Source of the DNA: Tubulanus polymorphus
Taxonomy: Eukaryota > Animalia > Nemertea
Direction: 5' to 3'
Length of the DNA: 64,000 nucleotides
NCBI RefSeq assembly: GCF_964204645.1
Contig: NC_134032.1
Coordinates: 11,210,275-11,274,274, forward strand
Under the pieces are notes generated by a model that saw nothing but the letters and a program-made list of their open reading frames with translations, had not been told where the DNA came from and made no database searches. The position numbers and the translations under genes were made by a program. Of the stretch, positions 53,601 to 64,000 are shown piece after piece. Positions within the stretch are counted from its first letter, which is position 1, and each line of letters begins with the position of its first letter.

Positions 53601-56600
53601 CATTTGCACGACCAAGACTTGGAAGACTGTCCGATATCATTTTGGCTTCGATAGCCAATCTTAAGACTAGTCTAAGGATAATTTTGGATCTACAACCAAT
53701 CTAAACAGAGATGCCAACTGTTCCTGATTTTCAATATTCAGTTACTATTGTATAATGAGAAATACTGATTTGATTTGTTTGATGCATAAAGAAAGATGTT
53801 ACTGAGGGTTTTACTGTTGATTACCGATTAATTTGAACATTTTCTTTCATATTTCAATGAAATGTTACTGAAAAAAATTCAATTTGTTACTGATAGCACT
53901 TTTCAGAGATTGGCAGCCCTGTTGTTTACGACAGGTAGTCAGCCCATGCTCCTCAGCAAAGACTTAATACAGGCTCTTTATAATCACTTTACAGAGGTTG
54001 GCAGCCCTGGTCTAAGTTCATTTTGGTGCTATAGCCAATGTTAACAAATCCAGCCTTAAGTAATAAAAAAGTCGCAACTGTGCAATTGGCCCGTTGGTTG
54101 GTTTTTAATCTAGTTTTGATTTTACAGAGCTTCAGATGATCTAATCGCGGACGTATAAACTAGAATGTATAATCTAGTTCATACGTTTCTCTATGATTTA
54201 ATTAAAATGTATGCATTTGTTTGTTAATATTGGTAGCAGCATGATAGAAATTATCGCCTAATTGCTGAGTGTTAACCCCCTAATTCCGACCCCCTTGACT
54301 TGTAAAAACACTGTCTTGCGCTGAACTCTCTCCCTTTGAGACTATTCTCGCTAAATTTCGGTGTTTCGATTTGAATGTTGTCGAATTTGTTGCATTTAAA
54401 GCATGTTAGACCAGTTTGGCAGCTTAATCACCAAATGAACTTTTATAAGTAACGAGCAATAGGCAATTTTACCTTTTTTCCTAAGGCAGGGTTCAACAGA
54501 CGTTCAAGGCTTCCACAGTCGCAATAAGAAACCATTGAATTCCTGCAATTTGTTTTGGTGTACGTTTAAAATGTGTCTGATTAATTTTAAATTCGCGATA
54601 AGATTTTTTCAATGAGATTTAGCTACGCATAGATCTGCGTTTTGATTTGACTCCGGAGTCATTTAACTCGATAAGAGTCGACTTCATTTTACGGTAAAAT
54701 ACTCTGCGTAACTCAAATTCCTCGGGACCGTTTCATTTTGTTTGAAATATGCAATATCTTGCAGACATGATTGCAGTTTTTCTTTAGTTTTGAATGAACC
54801 GATTATACTATGAGCAAGACGAGATTTCGAGGTATTCAAATCCTAGGTTATGCAGAGTCTTATTATTTTCAATGCCATTTATAATATTGACTGTTATTCG
54901 AGATTCTCCAGTCACCTGTTACACTCCGTCTGCCTGTGCGCTCCAGTCCGTCTGCTGTTGTTCAAACATAATAACAGCTTTTTATAATTGAAAAACCCAT
55001 TTTCTCAACCGCAATTGATAAAAGTGGTTTAATCGAATTTCTTTTTCGTCGTAAATTGATTTATGTAGTAATCGTTTTATGGTCATTTTGCCCGCATACC
55101 TCGGCCACCACCCTCCGCTTTTGGTGTTGTTTTTTGACGCCTTAAAACTTTTATGCGTTATTTTAGGGGATATGTGTAAGTCGATGTGCACTACGTCATC
55201 GGTATAAGGGTTTCTAAATAACAATCATAATTGCGGATTTCGGCGTTTATTTTCTAATAATCAGATATATTTCGTCATTCATATTTTACATTTGATAAAT
55301 CTTAATTGTTTTTGAGACGAACTGATGCATGCACAGGAGGTATAGCTCGGAGTGTTCGTACGTGGGGTTCTGAAAAATCTTGGGCCAGGTTTTACAGACT
55401 GGTATTTAATTTAGCGTGGGGGTTAACTCAATTCATTTTCAATTGAGTTAGCCCTGGGTTTAAAGTTGATACCAGTCTCTAAAGATATTACGCTTTGAGA
55501 GGGTTGGTATTGCATGTAACACTTAGAGGGAGGGGGGCTTGTTGCAAATGATCCCCACTCCTCTCCCATCTTCACGGGTTGTTTTCGCAGGTGTACTATT
55601 ATCGATAGTTGACTTGTTCAGCTGGTTTAGACTTAATTCCCGTCGCGCTTGTGACTGTTAACTAAAGAATTGCCTGTCAAGTGATCACACGATACCTGCA
55701 CGGTCAGATTGGAGCTCGAATTTGTTTTCGAATAATCGCAGTGTTTGTTTTCGTCAACTGTCAACAACCGACCGGGTGTTGACCGGTGACCGACTGTCTC
55801 ATGATTAGGTTCTATTTCACGCACAGACGGACGTTTAAACCGAAGTCGCGAAGTCGACAATACGTGGAATATGTTTTCGACAAAACACGAGCGTTTGTCA
55901 TTGAAAAGAAAGATTCCAGTCATTGTTGAGAATTGTTTTTCCCGAATTAGCTATAAGGCGGGGGTCAGTTGCACGGTCAATGGCTTAGATTGAGACCAGT
56001 CTATTAGTAGTTTTATAGCCAATATAACAACTTAAGATTAGTCTTAAGATTTAAGACATCTTTCGGTTGGCACCAAGTAGGGTCAGTTGTATCGTCACAG
56101 CTTAGTTTTGTCTAGAGTGCAACTGGGCCCCAGTTGATAGAGTTCATGGCCCGAAATCATGCAAAGTTTTAACTTCGACATCGACTTAATTTCTTCACTT
56201 ATAATGACAGCATGATTTGGGACTTGTTTTTAATGAATTTCTTAGCCTAGGTCAATCCCAAATACCACCATTAGCTCTCCCCACCTCACACTGTCGGTCA
56301 ACCTTTTCAAAAAAATTTTTCATGCTTATTTTTTCAGGGATTCGAAGGAACTACGCAGCGTCGAGGATATTTTATTCGAGTTATTGTGCGATAAAGATGA
56401 GAAAATCTCGATCAACCGATTCTTCAACGTAAGATACCGTATATATTCGTCGTTCATTCACGTCCATTTTTTTTCAAAAAACTGACCAAAAAATTCTCGT
56501 TACTCGGGGAAACGCAACAGAAGCCGTTCAAACGAAATAACTTTAAGCGAACGTATCGTTATTTTTAGATATAAATGAAACTTAGATGTTGAAACCGATT

Positions 56601-59600
56601 GTTATTTCTATACTGTTGGAGATAGGGGGTGGCGACTACCCTGGAAACGCTGAGGTTTAGTTCTTCTGTAGAATGTTTTCTTTTTTTATCGTGTGTAAGA
56701 ATTTTGGAATCCGATGCCGGGTTTCATGATGATCGTGTAGTCGGTCGGTTTTTATGGCGTATCATTCATGTCTGTCGGAATACCTTGAAACTTCAACTGT
56801 GTCTGCGGTGAGCTGTGGATGCCGGTAGTCGAGGGGAGGCTGGGAGAACGTTTGAGCGAGTTCAGCTACGTGTTAAAAGTTAAAAAAAAAGATTTAGCCT
56901 ATTATATGAAGCTGGTAAAACCCTGGACATAAGCAACCTCCGGAGTGGGGTCTGAAAATGTGGAGCATGTGCTAGGCACAGCGAATGGCCTTTAGCGTAC
57001 CTGGACGAATGTTGAAGGAATGCAAAGGAATAAACCGATTTATGAAATGCCCTGAATTCAGTGGGATGTCAATGAATATATTCATTTTAGAAAGTAGGAT
57101 GAATAGGAGAGAGTCCAAAACGAATCTTTGTCAATTTTTGATTTGATAAATCGATTTTTGTTTTAGTCATTTGAATTTGTGTATTATGTAGTTTTAATTG
57201 TACCAAAAATACGTTTTATGTATTTTTGATCGTACATATAATCTATTTTGCATGCTATGAGTGTAGCTAGTTTACTAATACAGGAAAGTTCAGTGTATAT
57301 GTGTGAGAGGAGGAGATGGGGGTCTTGGCAACTTTCCGTTATTGCTACGAGTAAATGGCCTCGATGCTGTACATGTAAACATTACAAGAACAGCCTTCAT
57401 CGTTATGTTTAACTGGTGATGAGAACGAACTGGAAAATAGAATCGTAGAGTTTGGGGTGAGGGGAGGGGTTTAATAGGTCTGTCTGACGTGACACCAGAC
57501 CCAGTCCCACACTTTGCAGCTAGAGAATAGAATTATAGAGTTAGGGGTGAGGAGAGGGGTTTTAATAGGTTCTCCAGACCCAGTGCTACGGTTAAAGTAC
57601 ATAAGGCTCGAACTTGAGCTGTTTCTGAACAGTATTTTTCTTTTATTCGCAATGTAATTTAATGCACGGGTAAATAATATGAAATTCTCCGGAGTCGGTG
57701 CCAAAAGCAAATATCACCACCAACACAAACGCACGGTTTATGAAACATTGCCAAAGGTTAAGAATGTGCGCATTGTGTCAATCAATGTGAATATGGTTTT
57801 AAAAAAAGATAGCGACAAACGAACGAAAAGTTGCTTCTAGACTCGATTATTTAAGACTGGGTGAATTCAGATGCAAGTATTTGAAAAAAAATTGACCAGA
57901 AAATGATAATAGTCGACGGAATAGTTTATGCTATTTCAGGTTCAACCCATGAAAAGCTTTTAGGGGGGTGGGGTTATTTTTATGCGCTAATGATTTTGAA
58001 TGAAGATATATTTCATCCGGTATGAACTCGCGTCGGGAGGGAGGTGCAATTGCTTTATTCACAGCACTTGAAATAAGTCGGATGGTGGGTGGGGCTCTCA
58101 AATCGTTTTTTTTTTTAAATAATTTTCGTAAATTTATTTGGACCTTACAGAGCAGAATAAGACAATCATAAATGTACAAAATGTGTCGAGGTTTCGTCCA
58201 AAGCCAAACAAGGCTGTACTCAAAGAGGGGATGAAATCTAAACACTGATGCTGACAATTACAATGAGAGTAGAGATTCCCTCCTGGATATACTAGTCAGG
58301 TACAGAACATGGGTCAGTTGAGAAAAGCCAATTGGACAGGGGGGTTTAGTAATATTGTATACTCACCGGACTAAAAATTAGGGAGGGGTTAAGTAATATT
58401 GTATACTCACCGGACTAAAAATAAGGCGGGGGAGGGTATCTATTGTCAAGGGCTCTGAAGGATCTTTTGGGAAACAAAATTTTCAAGTATTTCACACGAA
58501 ACCGTCACTATTAATTGATTCAAATCTATCATTTTCTTGGGATACTGGCGATGCAAGATCGAAGGACAAGACAAATTTCTTAAAATTCGTATTGTCACAA
58601 TATCTGTATTGATTGACGTTGTGTAATAATGAATTTACCCGAGAAGTGACTTATTGGTCGGGGTTTAGTGCGAACGTCAATCCGTAAGATTTATCTCCTT
58701 CAAAATCCAATTACTGATAGATCGATCCCCGCTCCTGCGCGATTCCTGTAATCTGCTTATAATCCAATCACTGTGTAGAACGAGAGCGGATCAATATCCA
58801 TTCCGTCTGCTGCGTTTTGAAATATTGATTAACGCGTGTTCAAACGAATCCGGCTCCAACAACTTCACAGTTTCATCGGTAACGACTAAAATGACACCGA
58901 ACTGAACGCATTGTTTTGTAGGTAACGAGTCTGATTATCAATTCTGAACCCGGTTTCAATTCTGAACAGTTCTTTTAACGGTTAAATTTGACTCAATTTA
59001 GTTCGTGTTCATATTAGCCGCGGTGGCTCGGAGACGATTTGGCTCGGGCCAAATTGGCCTTGATCAGACCCCAGTCAAATTAGGCCCATACCTAACTACA
59101 TGTACATAATGCATTCACATGTAAATCACTCACTTGTGAGGTTAGATACTTCTCTAGTAGAACCAGTTAGCATTCACACGGAATAATTTGACCCGTGCTC
59201 AAATTTGGCACAAGCCTCGTCCAACGTTTTTGGTCGGCTATGTTCGGCTTGTGTCTAACAGGCGCGGACCTATTTGGTACCAACCAGTGTGAGTGGTTGG
59301 CCCTGGATTAATTTGGCATAGGTTGAATTTGGCCCAGCTCAAAACCAATCGTGTGATAGTGGCTTTTAGTTGCAGCTGTGGCTAAGGACTCTTTGACTTA
59401 TGATATTTGAAATTCTCTGCACTTGATGTTTCGATGACCAAGTCTTATCAGTCAATGATTAAATAGAATTTATTGAAGATTGATTTTTTCCTCTTGTCAA
59501 ATTTTTCTGATATTTGTTTTGTTTTGTTTGTGTAGTTGTTACAGTCGACCGGACTGCGACTCAACGACCCGAGACTCCGTGAGTCGATGCACAATTTCAC

Positions 59601-62600
59601 GAGCGTTCAGCGACAAGTTTCCGAATTTGACGGCACGGATGGAATTTTGGTCGACCGCGAGACGTTCAGAGAGTAAGTGTATAGATGTAGATAGCGCTAC
59701 TAATATCTTCTGTTATAGGTGGCGCTAATAGAAACCCTAGTTTAAAGAGGGTGGTAATAGATAAAAATGATTAGCTAGTACATGTATTTGAAATGAGGCC
59801 AGTTTGAAAGACCTGTCTCAACTTGGCTGAGGTGAATTATCCTTGGGTTGTATTTAGGATAAAGTGGTTCCATGACTCTTAATTCTTGGTAAAATTTGAC
59901 GGAATCATCGGAATGTTGAATTATGCTGAACTTCAGGGGGACCTTAAGATCTGTTTGTTATTATTGATAGCTCATTATATCCAGTATTAAATTATCTAGA
60001 TTGTCTTACTTGGGGACGGCATTCTAAATTTGCAATAAGTTTCGAGTTCATTATAACAAGATTCCACTGTACGAAATTGAAATTAGTTCATTTTGGATTT
60101 GAAGAGTCAAATATCTTCCATTTTCGCAGAATTTTTTCAATCAATTCTAAACGCAATATCAGATTTTTGTTTGGTTTCTATTTGCGCGCAGGTGTGTATC
60201 GGATAACGTAGTGTTGATCGGTCGCGCGTTTCGCAATCAGTTCGTTATTCCAGAGTTCTCAAAATTCACCAATCAGCTCGATCAAATCTACTGGAAATGC
60301 CGTACGAACACGACCGGTAAAGTGGCTGATTATATCCCGCAGCTGGCGCGATTCTCCCCCGACTACTGGGGCGTCAGCGTTTGCACGATCGACGGACAGC
60401 GGTGAGTAAAAATGGATGCCTCCGTGAATCCCCCTATGACATTGTCAAATCATTGCCAAAAGATGGCTGTTGCCATGAACCCCCCATATGACATCATCAG
60501 TTTGATGCTGATTACTGTCAGACTCTTGGCTCTACCTCCATAAATCCCCCTATGACATCATCAAATTTAATGCTGATTACTGTAAGACTCTTGGCTCTAC
60601 CTACATAAATCCCCCTATGACATCATCAAATTTCCAAGCAGTTTGACACTTCAAGAAAAGATGACTGTTACAGCGAATCCTTCTATGATTGGATGGACAC
60701 TTGCAGAATATAAAGCTACCTCCAAAACTCCCCTTATGACATCACTTTGAATGTATTTACAAGATTTTATAAATCCCCCATGACCCATGACATCATCGAA
60801 TTATCTATATGACCCTAATATATACAAGTTCGTACCTAGTGTATTTTGAGTGGCAAGAAACCCGAAAAGGGTAGTTCTATTGGAAAAAACAATAGTATTT
60901 GCAAAAGGGCACTTTTTTCTGAGGGTCTAGGTATGGCCATAATCAGATCTATATCTACTGGGGACATGAAAGCATGTATTTTCATATATTTTCAGTCATT
61001 CAATTGGAGATGCTAATATACATTTTTGTCTGCAATCAGTCAGTAAACCGTTAAACTACGCGCTGGCACTCAGCGACCTCGGATCGGAGGTCGTACACCA
61101 GTATGTCGGTCAGGAGCCAAGTGGCGGTTCATTCAATGAACTCAGTCTTAATACCTCGAGTGAGTAGAATTTAAAAATCGGCGAAACGTCGGATATAACG
61201 ATTTTTTTAACGAATCAATGGACATTTTGGCCCAAATTTGAAACTGTAGAAGCATTGGATCGAAGTTCCTCGGTTGTTGATTTGTTAAGTTGTCTTCAGA
61301 TTCGACTCAAAACTGTTGAGTTTTTGGTGCAGAGTCTATAACTGGCTCCTGAAGTAAGACTCTAAATTGAGTTCATTCAGTTCAGGATTTTTATCAACGA
61401 TGTTTATAATTTTCTCTCGTCGCGTAGGTCGGCCTCACAATCCGATGATAAACTCGGGAGCGATCGTGATTTCTTCGCTGTTGAAGAATCAGCTGAAACT
61501 CGCCGACCGATTCGACTACGTAAGTTTACGTAATTACGATGTTTATGTAGATTACGTACATTTTCATATATAAACAGGGGCTCTCGGGGGTTTGTAGTAA
61601 GTATGACTAAGTCGGAAAGAAATGCTTACTTTTGGAAAAATAATTTAGGCTAGGCACAGATTCATGCTCAATTTTCAGGTAAGATCCTAAAAGTGTTGAA
61701 AAGCTCTTAATTTTTGGAATGAATGTCATCACAGGAATTATCCATTGACAAAACCTAATCGATGCCTATGTGTCTGTCTCAATGTTTGAAATCATTAAAA
61801 AACTCCATCTTTTGATCAGGATGAAGTTGCTCACTTATGACCTGAAAAATTGCAGAAACAGCTGAATTCAGCCTTGGTCTTACTGCTACAGACCCTATTG
61901 CTGATGTTAAAACACACAGGGGTCAGTTGCTTAAAGTTGGTTAAAGTTAACTGGTGGATGAATGCCATAGTGACAATGGAAATTGTATTGCAGCCATGCT
62001 GTTTGTCTACCTGTTGACTCGAACCAACTTTTGAGCAACTGACACCCGGAGCCTAATCTAACTGTTGAACTGGGTCCTGAAGAATTAAAGCTGATTAAAT
62101 CCATCTGCTCTGATAGACTCACTATGTACTGTATGGTTTCACTATTTGTTGCAGATTCTAGGGATGTATCGCAGACTGGCTGGTGGTGAATTCCTCGGCT
62201 TCAGCAACGCTACGTAAGTTGAACGAATATCCATTTTCGAAATGCATCTATAGTATTCCTTCGAATAATCGTGAGTAATAATAATTTGCTGATGTTTATT
62301 TTGTCGTTTCCAGGTTCTTGTCGGAACGAGAAACAGCCGATCGGAATTTCGCGCTCGGTTATTACATGAAAGAAAATAAGTGTTTTCCGGAAGGAGCAAA
62401 TCTACTGGAAACGTTGGATTTCTATTTTCAGGTACCGTATGTTCCGGTCTATAAGCCCACCCGGCCTATAAGCTGAGTCTCCTCTTCGGCCTCTCCAGGG
62501 GACAGTTGCTCAATAGTTTGTTAAATATAACCAGCGGATAAATACCATAGTAACAATGAACTTTTAATTGTCACTATGTCAACTATCCACTGGATAACTC

Positions 62601-63557
62601 CGTCAATTTTTGAGCAAATGGTCCTTTTTGCCTTGGGACCAGCAAATAAGCCTAGGCCCTTTATCAGAATCTTACCGGTAGATTACGCTTGATTTGTCTT
62701 GAGATGTTGTAAGAGATCAACTGTTACTGATTTTCAGTATTAGTTACTATTTTATATCGAGAAATACTGATTTGATATGTTTGATGCATACAGAAATATG
62801 ACAAAGGTTACTATGAGTCTTACGGTTAATTACTGATTAATTTGAAAAAACTTTTTTCATATTTCAATGATATGTAATTGAAAAAAATTCAATTTGTTAC
62901 CGATAGCACTTTTCAGTCCTGGATTCGATGAAAATAAAACTATTGCGTTATATTTTGTAGTTGTGTTCGATCGAAGCGACCGGTGAGTCGGCTAGCGTAA
63001 TGGCCGCCACGTTAGCTAACGGAGGAATATGTCCGATAACCGGGGACCGCGTGCTCGACGCCGACTCAGTCAGGAATACTCTCTCACTGATGCATTCGTG
63101 TGGCATGTACGATTATTCGGGACAATTCGCTTTTCAAGTGAGTATCAAGATCCATTTGTCAGGGCGGCCATTTTGCCTGGAAGTCAGAGAAAGAGGAATT
63201 TCTTTTCTTTAGGAAAGTCAGGGAATTTTGTAAAATAAAAAGCTAAAATCAGGGAAAAGTTTAATTTGTTGAGAAAGAGATTGCATGTACATGTATCATC
63301 AAACGGTTTTAATATTTGACTTGATTCTTAATGGATCAGTTGCTCGATAGTTGGTTGGTGACTAGCCCCTGCATGTAAGGGAAAAAGCAAAACAAACTGG
63401 TTTAATTTGTTGGTTTCATTAACAGGTTGGGTTACCTGGTAAATCTGGCGTGTCCGGCGCGATCATGTTAGTTGTGCCGAATGTATTCGGAATGTGTATG
63501 TGGTCGCCACCGTTAGACGCAACCGGTAACAGTTGCCGTGGAATACAGATGTGTCAG
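50603..63557 (+). CDS. GLS: Glutaminase (mitochondrial, GLS/GLS2 family); 3' part lies beyond the window
   Basis: Exons 50603-50775 (Arg/Leu/Ser-rich presequence-like [22 protein letters not shown]), 56338-56428, 59536-59672, 60192-60401, 60996-61159, 61428-61519, 62155-62213, 62314-62431, 62961-63137, 63426-63557. Motifs [11 protein letters not shown], catalytic [34 protein letters not shown]. Exon 1 is supported by phase match and presequence character. Confidence 0.92.
52239..52467. mobile_element. MITE family CAGGGCTGCCAA...TTGGCAGCCCTG; further copies at ~53706-53921 and ~62713-62920
   Basis: Terminal inverted repeat plus a shared internal sequence (...CATATTTCAATGAAATGTTAC...GATAGCACT...). 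Confidence 0.7.
60420..60800 (+). repeat. Degenerate tandem repeat with core AATCCCCCTATGACATCATCAAA
   Basis: About 6-7 copies at roughly 55-65-bp spacing in a GLS intron; the core is the reverse complement of part of the 3929-4603 unit. Confidence 0.75.
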
Positions 63558-64000
63558 GTAAATCCAAAATTCATATCGTCTTTCCTTAGACAGTAGGAAT
63601 GAAACAGAATGATCGCTTCGCCCAGGTTCAGAATAAACCCGGGTAATCGAGACTGCCTTTATCAGTAACAAATCCTACTTTAATTCAATTGTTGAAATCC
63701 TCTAAAATGAGAAGGTTGTCATCAATAACTACCGGTAATCATAATTTTACTGAATTGTTGAAGTCATTGATAATCAGGAGGCCGTTATTAGTTACTGATT
63801 GTAATTTTACTGAGTCATTGAGAACGAAAAGGAATAACTTATCATAATTTTTATGAATCGTTTAAGTCATTCGAAATGAGAAGGTCTTCACATTGATAAC
63901 CAATCATAATTATAATGAAATGTTAAGGTCATTCAAAATCATAAAGTCGTCATTAGTAACTGACTTATCGCGATTTCATTTCAACTGGCCCCTAAGTTTA

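Overview
AT-rich, intron-containing animal DNA, probably a marine invertebrate (inferred from the gene and repeat content). Five host genes can be reconstructed with phase-consistent GT-AG exons: (1) a PDZ + 2xPH protein (PDZPH1-like, minus strand, 2235-9210); (2) a ~1939-aa GRL101-like LGR receptor with CUB, C-type lectin, LDLa, LRR and 7TM regions and only two introns (17613-23759); (3) an unrecognised 163-aa two-TM protein (29140-32183); (4) a RagC/D GTPase (35390-41674); (5) glutaminase (50603 to beyond the window end). The main finding is a 7463-bp, apparently intact AcademH/AcademHP-type DNA transposon (43114-50576). It has a perfect 9-bp TSD (AAATTGAAC) and short imperfect TTCACC...GGTGAA ends with subterminal hairpins. 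It carries an 8-exon RecQ-like helicase and a convergent 15-exon transposase with two PHD fingers inside the putative catalytic core. The first PHD keeps the ING-type H3K4me3 aromatic-cage residues. The element's right TSD ends 17 bp upstream of the glutaminase ATG, so it separates the gene from its probable native promoter; this suggests a promoter-seeking, histone-reading transposon. A ~75-bp end-to-end miniature of the same element lies at 26311. The window also holds MITEs, SINEs, LINE and DIRS fragments and minisatellites. All gene models were read by eye and need RNA-seq or HMM confirmation.
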